Below, piece after piece: positions 1 through 10,641 of a DNA stretch of 64,000 nucleotides. The stretch spans positions 815 through 64,814 of the forward strand of contig JBHADF010000047.1 in NCBI GenBank assembly GCA_041854955.1, given 5' to 3'. Source of the stretch: Anaerovoracaceae bacterium (GTDB lineage Bacteria > Bacillota > Clostridia > Peptostreptococcales > Anaerovoracaceae). The notes under the pieces were generated by a model, which was not told the origin of the DNA, ran no database searches, and worked only from the letters and a program-made list of their open reading frames with translations. The translations under genes were made by a program, and so were the position numbers. The first letter of the stretch is position 1. Every line of letters begins with the position of its first letter.

Positions 1-2149
<2,149 letters not shown>

Positions 2150-2160
2150 CTAAAAGCCCC

Positions 2161-3909
2161 CTATTTAACTTCGTAGCTCTCCGCGAATTGCTTTGCAGCC
2201 TCTATGATATCGTTCTTTTCTTCAGGGGAAAGCAGCCCTGTTTCATCGATTTTATCGCAGAGATAGAAATATTCCTTTTCGAACATGTCAACTAAATCCT
2301 TGATAAAGGTTTCCACCTTATCGACAGGAATGTTTTGCATAGTATGTGCCAAGGCAGATACGAGTATAATTACCTGCTCATGTTGCTTTTTAGGCTGATA
2401 CTGAGGCTGACGAAGCATTCTCATGAGACCCTGGCCATAGGTCAGTTGTCTCCTGGTGTTCTCGTCCAAATCGCTGGCGAACTGGGTGAACACTTCCATT
2501 TCTCTGTATTGAGCCAAGTCCAGACGAAGAGCTCCGGAAGCCTTCTTAACAGCCTCTGTCTGGGCGTCTCCTCCTACACGGGATACGGAAAGTCCTACGT
2601 TTACAGCAGGTCTCTGTCCCGAGAAGAACAAATCGCTTTCCAGGAAAATCTGTCCGTCGGTTATGGATATTATGTTTGTAGGAATATATGCGGCTACGTC
2701 TCCTGCCTGAGTTTCGACTATAGGAAGGGCCGTCATGCTGCCTCCTCCCAATTTGTCTGACATTCTGGCAGAACGCTCCAGTAGTCTGGAATGAAGATAG
2801 AATACGTCGCCGGGGTAAGCTTCTCTTCCCGGGGAACGCTCAAGGAGCAAGCTCAAGGCTCTGTATGCCACGGCATGCTTTGAAAGGTCATCGTATACTA
2901 TCAGAACGTCTTTTCCGTGTTTCATAAAGTACTCGCCCAAAGCACAGCCCGCATAAGGGGCTACATACTGCAGGGGCGCCGAATCAGACGCGGAGGCGGT
3001 AACCACTATGGAATAGTCCATAGCACCGTGCTTTTTCAGGGTTTCTACAAACTGTACCACGGAGCTGGTCTTCTGGCCTATGGCAACATAAATGCAGACC
3101 ACATCCTTCCCCTTCTGATTGATGATTGTATCCAGGGCTATAGCCGTCTTTCCTGTCTGTCTGTCTCCTATGATAAGCTCTCTCTGTCCTCTTCCTATGG
3201 GGAACATGGAGTCTATGGAAAGTATGCCTGTCTCCAGGGGAGTATCTACAGGCTGTCTCTCTATGATTCCCGGTGCCGGGTACTCGATAGGATAATATCT
3301 GCTTACGATGATATCCCCCTGGCCGTCGATGGGCACTCCCAAGGCATTTACAACTCTGCCCAGGAAAGCATCTCCTGCAGGGAGTCCTGCCGTCTTACCT
3401 GTTCTGTGTACCGTACTTCCTTCGTTGATTTCGCTGTCGTCATCGAAGAGAATACATCCGATTTCATCTTCTCTTATATCCTGAACCATTCCTCTGGCGC
3501 CGTTGGTAAAGAGTACGATTTCTCCGTAGGTTACGGTGTCCAAGCCGTTTACTGTGGCTATTCCGTCTCCTACGGCAGTGACGATACCAACCTCTTCAGC
3601 CAGCACCTCCGGGGTCCATTTTCTTACTTTTTCCTTTAACAGAGGAATTATATTCCCATTGGATGAGGGCACGTTTACAAGAGTGTCTCTCAGCTGCTGG
3701 AATCGTCCGCCTACAGACCAGTCGTAAAGCTCTGAGCCCACTTCAAGTCTAAAGCCTCCCGGGAAAGCATCGCTTTTCTTCCAGACAAAATCTGTATCTT
3801 CTCCATATTTTTTCCTTAAGAACGCTCTAAACCTTGCCGTCTGCTTCTTATCGGGTTCCGTTTCCGAATAAAGAATAGCCTCCGGGATTTCCTTAATTAA
3901 ATCACTCAT
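2161..3909 (-). CDS. atpA: F0F1 ATP synthase subunit alpha with an N-terminal extension of about 85 aa resembling the C-terminal part of subunit delta (OSCP)
   Basis: Alpha core motifs are present: GDRQTGKT Walker A, and VGIVTAVGDGIATVNGLD near the alpha N-terminus. The likely start is the ATG at 3907-3909 (MSDLIKEIP), overlapping the atpF stop. The extension contains GGFRLEVGSELYDWSVGGRFQQLRDTL, matching the delta C-terminal pattern GG..v.vG....D.S..g.L..L. Confidence 0.85.
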   Translation of the reverse strand: MSDLIKEIPEAILYSETEPDKKQTARFRAFLRKKYGEDTDFVWKKSDAFPGGFRLEVGSELYDWSVGGRFQQLRDTLVNVPSSNGNIIPLLKEKVRKWTPEVLAEEVGIVTAVGDGIATVNGLDTVTYGEIVLFTNGARGMVQDIREDEIGCILFDDDSEINEGSTVHRTGKTAGLPAGDAFLGRVVNALGVPIDGQGDIIVSRYYPIEYPAPGIIERQPVDTPLETGILSIDSMFPIGRGQRELIIGDRQTGKTAIALDTIINQKGKDVVCIYVAIGQKTSSVVQFVETLKKHGAMDYSIVVTASASDSAPLQYVAPYAGCALGEYFMKHGKDVLIVYDDLSKHAVAYRALSLLLERSPGREAYPGDVFYLHSRLLERSARMSDKLGGGSMTALPIVETQAGDVAAYIPTNIISITDGQIFLESDLFFSGQRPAVNVGLSVSRVGGDAQTEAVKKASGALRLDLAQYREMEVFTQFASDLDENTRRQLTYGQGLMRMLRQPQYQPKKQHEQVIILVSALAHTMQNIPVDKVETFIKDLVDMFEKEYFYLCDKIDETGLLSPEEKNDIIEAAKQFAESYEVK

Positions 3910-4399
3910 TGTCTTTTCCTCTTTCGGTAGCGTCCAGGAATTGGTCAAATGCATCCGAAGCCAAGGCTTCAAGAGCTAATTTCTCCATAGATTCAGCTAC
4001 CATGTTTGATATGTCAGCCTGTGCGCTGTTAATTATCTTCTGTCTTTCAATTTCCGCCTCTCTTCTGGCGTTGGTAATTATTCTGCCGGCCTCTTCGGTA
4101 GCATCCTTAAGCTTCTTGGCAGTTGCTTGTTCGAGATCAAGTCTGACCCTTTCCTTTTGCTCCCTTATTTCTTCCTCAACATCCTTCATCTTTTGAAGGT
4201 ATTCCTCTTTCATGGATTCAGCCTCATTCATGGCTTCCTGAGCTTTATCATCCATGTCTCTGTAATATTCTTCTCTTTTGCTTATAAAGCCCTTTACAGG
4301 CTTGTATAGAATAAAATACAGGATGGCAAATAAAATGGTGAAGTTAAAAAAGTGTAGTAAAATCTGCTGCACATCTATATTCAATGGAGCTCCTGTCAT
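3902..4399 (-). CDS. atpF: F0F1 ATP synthase subunit b
   Basis: 165 aa. One N-terminal TM helix followed by a long charged coiled coil. Position is between the c and alpha genes. Confidence 0.88.
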   Translation of the reverse strand: MTGAPLNIDVQQILLHFFNFTILFAILYFILYKPVKGFISKREEYYRDMDDKAQEAMNEAESMKEEYLQKMKDVEEEIREQKERVRLDLEQATAKKLKDATEEAGRIITNARREAEIERQKIINSAQADISNMVAESMEKLALEALASDAFDQFLDATERGKDNE

Positions 4400-4456
4400 T
4401 ACGTTCTCCTTTCTCTCTTTAGATATTTCCGATATTTTTTATCCTTTGTGCTCTCG

Positions 4457-4810
4457 TTACAGTACGAAAAGTATGAGAATAACTACCAATAGAGCATATA
4501 TGATGGCTGTTTCTATAAAAACAAGACCCAACATGGATGTGGCACGTATTTTACTCTCAGCTTCGGGCTGACGGGAAATTCCTTCAGTAGCTTTACCTGC
4601 AACGATACCCATGCCCAGACCGCCGCCGCCGGCTGCCAAACCTATGGCAATACTCATGGCGATAGCCTTCAATCCGATGGATGCATCCTCCTGAGCTGCT
4701 GCTACGTCATTGCCTGTTCCTGCAGCGTATACAGGAATAGCTACCACTAACATTATGATTACTACTGCAAGTATTGCTGCTATTTTGCTCAATTTGCTTC
4801 TCTTTTCCAT
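4457..4810 (-). CDS. atpE: F0F1 ATP synthase subunit c with an N-terminal signal-peptide-like extension
   Basis: The C-terminal 70 aa form a typical c hairpin (GLAAGGGGLGMGIVAGK...SRQPE...FIETAIIYALLV). The N-terminal ~45 aa carry KRSK, a hydrophobic helix and VYA/AG. GGAGGAAG RBS lies upstream of the first ATG. Confidence 0.85.
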   Translation of the reverse strand: MEKRSKLSKIAAILAVVIIMLVVAIPVYAAGTGNDVAAAQEDASIGLKAIAMSIAIGLAAGGGGLGMGIVAGKATEGISRQPEAESKIRATSMLGLVFIETAIIYALLVVILILFVL

Positions 4811-4839
4811 TTTTTTCTTCCTCCGCTTACTGCTTTCTT

Positions 4840-5691
4840 TTATTTTTCTGCGCCTGCAATGGGCTTTTTTTCACCTTTAGGCTTTTTCTTTTTTGGTTTA
4901 TGTTCCACCGCTTCTTCATAGAAGAGCGAGGTCAGCATAGTTAAAACATAGGCCTGCATAACCGCATGAAGCAATGTAAACATTACTCCGACGAAAACAG
5001 GTATTATGAAGCTTAAGGTACTGTAGTAGTACACAAGCTCCGTAACCAGTGCGCCGCTCAGCAAGGCTCCGAAAAGTCGGAAGCTCATAGACAAGGGCAG
5101 CGAATACTCATTTAAGGTTTGAGTTATTCCCCGGGCACCATTGCCCATTATGGCCCCTGACATGATGACAAAATAGGAGAGCACTCCCATCATAATGGCT
5201 CCGTTTATATCCGAGAGAGGTGCCGACAATGTTATAGGGTGACCTGTGGTGGTTATAACCTGGATACCGAACAGCTCAAATAGTGTTCCCGTAAACACAT
5301 AGACCCCCACAGCAAAGATGTACGCTTGCAAAAAGCTGTATTTACGGTCCTTGCTCGACACCATACCGGAAAATAGATTCACCATCTGCTCCAATATGAG
5401 CTGAAACCTGCCGGGAACCATGGTAAACCTGGGGAGCAGGATAAATCTCACAACTAAGGAGAAAATCAGTATTACCCCTGTCACCGTAAAAGCGGAAATC
5501 AATCCCGGATTTACTTCTCTGATGCCAAACAGGTTGACACGATGTAGGTCATGAAGCACCTGGTCCCGCATAACCTCTTTTATGGTAAAGTGGGATTCAT
5601 TGGGCGCTTTAGTCAATACTATACCTACATAGAGCACCGCCAAAATAATTCCGAAGATTATTAAGGCCTTCTTTTTCTTACGAGCATCCAC
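4840..5691 (-). CDS. atpB: F0F1 ATP synthase subunit a
   Basis: 283 aa polytopic membrane protein at the first position of the atp operon. Contains SFRLFGA, the conserved Arg-containing helix motif. Confidence 0.85.
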   Translation of the reverse strand: MDARKKKKALIIFGIILAVLYVGIVLTKAPNESHFTIKEVMRDQVLHDLHRVNLFGIREVNPGLISAFTVTGVILIFSLVVRFILLPRFTMVPGRFQLILEQMVNLFSGMVSSKDRKYSFLQAYIFAVGVYVFTGTLFELFGIQVITTTGHPITLSAPLSDINGAIMMGVLSYFVIMSGAIMGNGARGITQTLNEYSLPLSMSFRLFGALLSGALVTELVYYYSTLSFIIPVFVGVMFTLLHAVMQAYVLTMLTSLFYEEAVEHKPKKKKPKGEKKPIAGAEK

Positions 5692-5824
5692 GTCCCATCA
5701 ACCTCCTCTCTTTTTTCCTAAAATGCAATTGAAGGCAATATTTAAACAATATTACCTTTCTCAACGATATATGATTATAGCACTATAAAATAAAAAGTAA
5801 AGCAAAAGTTTCGCTTGAATTTAA

Positions 5825-6304
5825 CTATTTATGATAGGTTTCCTTCTTGATTATTTTAAAGCTTCTATAGAGTTGTTCCAGAAATATTACCCTCATCATC
5901 TGGTGCGGAAAAGTCATCTTAGAAAAGCTCAGCTTGTAGTCTGCTCGCATGCTCACTTCTCTGCTGAGGCCTAAGCTGCCGCCTATGATAACAGCCACAT
6001 CGCTTTTCCCTTCCAAGGCCAGATTATCAATCTTTTCCGCCAACTCTTCCGAGGAAAGATTCTTCCCCTGAATTTCCAGGGTTATGACATAGGCATCTTC
6101 CTTTACAGCTTTTAAGATGCTCCGGCCCTCTTCCTCCTTGACTGCCTCCTCCTGAGCAGGAGAAGCCTTGTCAGGCAGGCGGCTTTCCTTTAGCTCTGTT
6201 ATTTCCAGTTTACAGTATCTTGAAAGCCGCTTGGCGTATTCCTCCACAGCATCCCGCCAATAGGTTTCCTTAAGCTTTCCTATACATATGAGTTGAATGT
6301 TCAT
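5825..6304 (-). CDS. rlmH: 23S rRNA (pseudouridine1915-N3)-methyltransferase RlmH
   Basis: 159 aa SPOUT protein: MNIQLICIGKLKE...IGGSLGLS...SFSKMTFPHQMMRVIFLEQLYRSF. Confidence 0.9.
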   Translation of the reverse strand: MNIQLICIGKLKETYWRDAVEEYAKRLSRYCKLEITELKESRLPDKASPAQEEAVKEEEGRSILKAVKEDAYVITLEIQGKNLSSEELAEKIDNLALEGKSDVAVIIGGSLGLSREVSMRADYKLSFSKMTFPHQMMRVIFLEQLYRSFKIIKKETYHK

Positions 6305-7114
6305 CTAAATCACCATAAGACTGCTCATAGAGTCTCTCTCCGCCACCTTCAGCTCCAAATCCTTTCCCACGAAGAATCCCGCCTCCTGCAGCATGTTTTC
6401 CACCGTGTGCCGGGCTTGAAGGGGGCTGTTGTTTTCCTTGCTCAAATGGGCCAGAAGCACTGTCGGCACGTTTCCCTTTGGCCTTTCTCTCAAGAATCTT
6501 ATAAGGCTCAAGGCGCAGGCTTCGTTGGACAGGTGGCCGTAATCGCTTAAAATTCTCTGTTTCAAAGTATAGGGATATTTTCCGTAGAGGAGGAGGTTCA
6601 CCTCATGATTGGCTTCCATTACCAAAATATCCGAATCATGGATGTTTTCAAAAATTTCCTCGGATATGCAGCCCGTATCCGTCACTATGGAAATCTTTTT
6701 ATCTCCCTTCTCAAAGGCGTAGCCGACGGCTTCCGTCACGTCATGAGAAACGTTAAAGGGCTTAACCTTTATATCTCCCAAGGAAAAGGCGGTACCTCCT
6801 GTTACAGTCTTATACCTTTGATCTAAGGGAAGTCTGTACCGGCGCATAAGCTCCGATGCAGTTCCTTCCGTAGCATATATGGGCAGCTTCGGCGCCTTCT
6901 TTCCTAATGTCTCTATACCCTTTACGTGGTCCACATGCTCGTGGGTGAGGAGGACCCCCTCCAGCATAGAGGGCATAAGGTTCATTTCTCTTAGACAGCT
7001 TTCGATTCGTCTGTTGCTGATACCCGCATCCACCAAAAGTGATGTGGTTTCGCTTTTTATAAGATAACTGTTGCCCGTGGATCCTGAGGCAAAAGTGCAA
7101 ATTCCTAAATTCAT
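6305..7114 (-). CDS. MBL-fold metallo-hydrolase (YycJ/WalJ-like)
   Basis: 269 aa with the HEHVDH metallo-beta-lactamase motif. Abuts rlmH, as in many Firmicutes. Confidence 0.8.
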   Translation of the reverse strand: MNLGICTFASGSTGNSYLIKSETTSLLVDAGISNRRIESCLREMNLMPSMLEGVLLTHEHVDHVKGIETLGKKAPKLPIYATEGTASELMRRYRLPLDQRYKTVTGGTAFSLGDIKVKPFNVSHDVTEAVGYAFEKGDKKISIVTDTGCISEEIFENIHDSDILVMEANHEVNLLLYGKYPYTLKQRILSDYGHLSNEACALSLIRFLRERPKGNVPTVLLAHLSKENNSPLQARHTVENMLQEAGFFVGKDLELKVAERDSMSSLMVI

Positions 7115-7238
7115 AAACTTCTTTCCTTAATATATATATGTGCTTCGATTATATCATTTTTTAATTGTAAATTCTATAAAATATGAGATAATAAGACAGT
7201 AAGATAACTTAATTTCTATTTAAAGGAGGCTATGGCCT

Positions 7239-7796
7239 ATGGCAAAGCTGAGAATATATACGGACGGAGGTTGTTCCAACAATCAGTCTGATACCAACTT
7301 CGGAGGCTGGGGGGCCATCCTGGAATACGGAGATCATAAAAAGGAATTGTGGGGAGGGGAAAAGGACACCACTAATAACAGAATGGAGCTTACAGCTGTC
7401 ATCGAGGCCTTCAAGGCCCTGAAAAAAGAAGGCCAGCAGGTGGAGGTCTTTACGGACAGCTCCTATGTGGCTCAATGCTTCCGCCAGAAATGGTATGTAA
7501 ACTGGGAGAGGAACGGCTGGAAAAATTCCCAGAAAAAGGCCGTGGAAAATCAAGAGCTTTGGGAAGAGCTCCTTTCTCTTGTAAGAAAGCATCAGGTCAG
7601 CTTTTTCAGAGTTAAGGGCCACGTGAATTTGGAAAGTGAGAAGACGGATTTTAATAGTCTATATGAAAAATTTCAGGAGTGGAATGGTGAAAGTTTCTCC
7701 TTTGAGGATTTTCAATATATAACAGCCATGAACAACAGAGCTGATGAGTTGGCTAATATAGGGATTGACCAATGCCGCGGATTGGAATATAATTAA
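7239..7796 (+). CDS. rnhA: Ribonuclease HI
   Basis: IYTDGGC...NNRMELTAVIEAFKAL...VFTDSSYV...VKGH...NNRADELA. GGAGG RBS upstream. About 40 aa are inserted before the C-terminal helix. Confidence 0.85.
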   Translation: MAKLRIYTDGGCSNNQSDTNFGGWGAILEYGDHKKELWGGEKDTTNNRMELTAVIEAFKALKKEGQQVEVFTDSSYVAQCFRQKWYVNWERNGWKNSQKKAVENQELWEELLSLVRKHQVSFFRVKGHVNLESEKTDFNSLYEKFQEWNGESFSFEDFQYITAMNNRADELANIGIDQCRGLEYN

Positions 7797-7842
7797 TCAA
7801 CAGAAGTTATCGTATAGAAATGATTTATAAAAGGAGGATTTT

Positions 7843-8517
7843 ATGGACTTTAAAATTTTAGACAGTGCCTTTCCCGCAGTTACATGTCAACTGAAAAGCG
7901 GTGAAAAGATGATCACAGAAAAAGGTTCCATGATTTGGATGACACCTAACATGGAAATGGCCACTTCCGGTGGCGGCTTAGGAAAAATGTTTTCAAAGGC
8001 TCTTTCCGGAGAAAGCATGTTCCAAAACATTTATACAGCTAACGGAGACGGAATGATCACCTTCGGCTCCAGCTTCCCCGGCAGAATCTTAGCTCTTGAA
8101 GTTAAGCCCGGCTTGGATATGGTTCTTCAGAAGAGCGCAATTTTGGCCTATGAAGAAGGCGTTAACCTTTCCATCAGCTTCAACAAGAAGCTTGGAGTAG
8201 GCTTCTTCGGTGGAGAAGGCTTCATCATGCAGAAGTTAAGCGGAAGCGGTATGGCCTTTGCAGAAATCGACGGCGAACTGGTAGAATATCAGTTGGCTCC
8301 CGGACAGCAGCTTATCGTTGACACAGGTAACGTGGCAGGCTATGAATCCACAGTTACTATGGACATCAAGCAGGTTGCCGGCTTGAAGAATAAGCTTCTC
8401 GGAGGAGAAGGCTTCTTCAATACCCAGCTTACCGGCCCCGGTAAGGTTTGGCTCCAGACCATGCCTATTTCCAACGTTGCAAGCTCTATAGCACCTTATG
8501 TTGTAACAGCAAAATAA
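7843..8517 (+). CDS. TIGR00266 / AIM24-family protein (DUF124)
   Basis: 224 aa. Remembered family signature (KSGEKMITEKGSMIWM...GESMFQNIYTA...GGEGFIMQKLSG.G.AF). Confidence 0.7.
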   Translation: MDFKILDSAFPAVTCQLKSGEKMITEKGSMIWMTPNMEMATSGGGLGKMFSKALSGESMFQNIYTANGDGMITFGSSFPGRILALEVKPGLDMVLQKSAILAYEEGVNLSISFNKKLGVGFFGGEGFIMQKLSGSGMAFAEIDGELVEYQLAPGQQLIVDTGNVAGYESTVTMDIKQVAGLKNKLLGGEGFFNTQLTGPGKVWLQTMPISNVASSIAPYVVTAK

Positions 8518-8534
8518 GCTAAAAACGAACTTTA

Positions 8535-8566
8535 AAAGAGGTCACAGGTGTGGCCTCTTTTCTTTA
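8535..8566. terminator. Bidirectional rho-independent terminator between convergent genes
   Basis: Hairpin AAAGAGGTCAC-aggt-GTGGCCTCTTT, flanked by an A-run and a T-run. Confidence 0.65.
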
Positions 8567-8980
8567 CTTCTTATATCTTTTACTATCTGTATCAATGCCT
8601 CCCGCAGGGGCAGTCTTTACAAAAAACAGGAAATATATCATGTGGAAAACCCAGATGAGGCAAAGCACCAGACGTCCTGCCAAAACGTTACCCATAGCTG
8701 CAAATCCTATGGACATGACTATGGTTACGGTTACCATAATCTGAACCTTTGTCTTTTTTGTCATGCCTCTGCCGGACACAAAGCTTTCTAAATTGTCCTT
8801 ATAGATTTTCGTTGTTTTAAACCATGCGCTTAGCTTATCCGAGCTTCTTGCAAAGCAATATGTAGCCAACATCATAAAGGGCACCGTAGGTAAAAAAGGC
8901 AACACAGTTCCTACCGCACCCAAACCAAGAGAAATTATCCCTATTATCGTATATATAATTCTTTTAACCTTCATCCGCAA
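8564..8980 (-). CDS. DUF454 (YbaN-family) inner membrane protein
   Basis: 138 aa. LGLGAVGTVLPFLPTVPFMMLATYCFARSS is the family hallmark. Confidence 0.75.
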   Translation of the reverse strand: MRMKVKRIIYTIIGIISLGLGAVGTVLPFLPTVPFMMLATYCFARSSDKLSAWFKTTKIYKDNLESFVSGRGMTKKTKVQIMVTVTIVMSIGFAAMGNVLAGRLVLCLIWVFHMIYFLFFVKTAPAGGIDTDSKRYKK

Positions 8981-8997
8981 GCCTCCCCTATAGTTAA

Positions 8998-10641
8998 TTA
9001 ACTCATTCTGCCGTTTTCAACGGAATATACCACATCTGCCACTCCCATGGTAGATTTTCTATGGGATATTACCACCACTGTCTTTCCCTCTCTTTCTCTG
9101 TGAAGAGATTTTAAGATTACTGCCTCGTTTAGGCTGTCCAGGTTACTGGTCGGTTCATCCAAAAGCATAAAGGGTGCATCCTTTAAGAAGGCTCTGGCCA
9201 TGCCTATCCTCTGCCTCTCCCCTCCGGACAAGGTATCCCCCAGCTCTCCCACAGGCGTATCATATCCTTGAGGCAGTTTGGAAATAAATTGATGAACTGA
9301 AGCTTTTTTGCAAGCCTCCCAAATTTCTTCATCGGTGGCATTAAGCTTAGCAATCCGCACATTATTTTTTATAGAATCGTGGAAAAGATGGGTTTCCTGA
9401 GTGACAAAACTTTCCATCTTCCTTAAGTCAGACGTGTTTATCTCCTCTACATTTCTCTCCGAAAGAGAGATTTTACCCTCCCTGACCCTCCAGAAACGCA
9501 TGAACAGCTTTAGAAGTGTGGATTTTCCGCTACCGCTTTTTCCTACAATCCCCACTATTTTATCCTTGGGAACATCCAGGGAAAAATCAGATAATATAAG
9601 TTCTTCATCATATGCAAAGGTTATATTTTCAGCTTTTGCTCCACGGAAAGGAATGGCCTCTTTTCCTGTAATTTCCTCCGTTAAAGGCTCCTCTTCTAAA
9701 ATGTCCAAAACTCTGTTGCCTGCTGCAAAGGTGTTTTGCAGAGTTGCACCCAGTGCGGCCAATGAAACAAGCGGCCCGAAGGAACTCATAAGCGCCAGTG
9801 TAGCTATGACTGCTGTTTTAAAGCCATAGAGGCCTCCAGCTAAAAGGACCATAGCCACATCAAATAGTAGGAGCAGCATATTAGTCACGGCCATATTCTT
9901 TCCTGCCGTGGCTTTCAACTCCGCCTCATCCTTGGAAAGTTCTTCGGTCATTTGGCTCATCTTCTCTTTTCTTCTGTTACCTTGTCCGTATTGCAATATT
10001 TCTCCCAGTCCCCTTAGATTATCCAAAACAAAGGCGGATAACTCTCCGGACTTTTCTCTGAATTCTCGACCTCTGCTTCCTCCCATCTTTGAAGTGGTGA
10101 TTGGGATTAAAATTCCAACGGTTACATAGGCTATCAATGCCAGCATGGCTAAAATCCAACTATAGTAGCCTATAAATGCCACCATGATCAGAGAAAAAAT
10201 CAATCCTATAAAGGCAGGAGATATGGTATGAGCATAGAAAACCTCTAAAAGCTCTATATCTGCCGTAACCACACTGATGAGGTTTCCCTTTTGCTTTCCG
10301 TCCAATTTGGCCGGAGCCAAGGTTCTCAACGCCGAAAACACTTTATCTCTCAATAAAGCAAGGAGCTTAAAGGCTATAAAATGGTTACAGGTTTGCTCCA
10401 CATATCTCAAGGCTCCTCTAAATAGGGCGAAGGCTCCCAGCAGAGTGAAAATCATAGGTAACCCGAGTCCTACCTCCATACCCAAAGCCTTTAGCAAGGC
10501 AAAACCGCCTAAAACACTTATGAAGGTAGCAAAAAGATGGCCTATGAGGCCCATTAGGATAGCCACTATCATATATCCTAGAAGAGGTTTGACCAAGCCC
10601 ACTAGCTTTAGCATAACTTTAAATCCGCTTCTCTTCATCAT
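8998..10641 (-). CDS. ABC transporter ATP-binding/permease, CydC-like thiol-reductant exporter subunit
   Basis: Six-TM domain plus NBD ([24 protein letters not shown]). The start is uncertain: ATGs at 10665, 10641 and 10638. GGAGGAAT precedes the latter two. Overlaps the upstream partner. Confidence 0.75.
   Translation of the reverse strand: MMKRSGFKVMLKLVGLVKPLLGYMIVAILMGLIGHLFATFISVLGGFALLKALGMEVGLGLPMIFTLLGAFALFRGALRYVEQTCNHFIAFKLLALLRDKVFSALRTLAPAKLDGKQKGNLISVVTADIELLEVFYAHTISPAFIGLIFSLIMVAFIGYYSWILAMLALIAYVTVGILIPITTSKMGGSRGREFREKSGELSAFVLDNLRGLGEILQYGQGNRRKEKMSQMTEELSKDEAELKATAGKNMAVTNMLLLLFDVAMVLLAGGLYGFKTAVIATLALMSSFGPLVSLAALGATLQNTFAAGNRVLDILEEEPLTEEITGKEAIPFRGAKAENITFAYDEELILSDFSLDVPKDKIVGIVGKSGSGKSTLLKLFMRFWRVREGKISLSERNVEEINTSDLRKMESFVTQETHLFHDSIKNNVRIAKLNATDEEIWEACKKASVHQFISKLPQGYDTPVGELGDTLSGGERQRIGMARAFLKDAPFMLLDEPTSNLDSLNEAVILKSLHREREGKTVVVISHRKSTMGVADVVYSVENGRMS

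Noticed and set aside
4457-4810. Calling the ATP synthase Na+-dependent from the c-subunit ion-binding residues.
   Set aside because: Only a partial match to the Ilyobacter tartaricus Na+ motif is present: Glu and a following Thr/Tyr are there, but the helix-1 Gln position is Met. Specificity cannot be inferred by eye.
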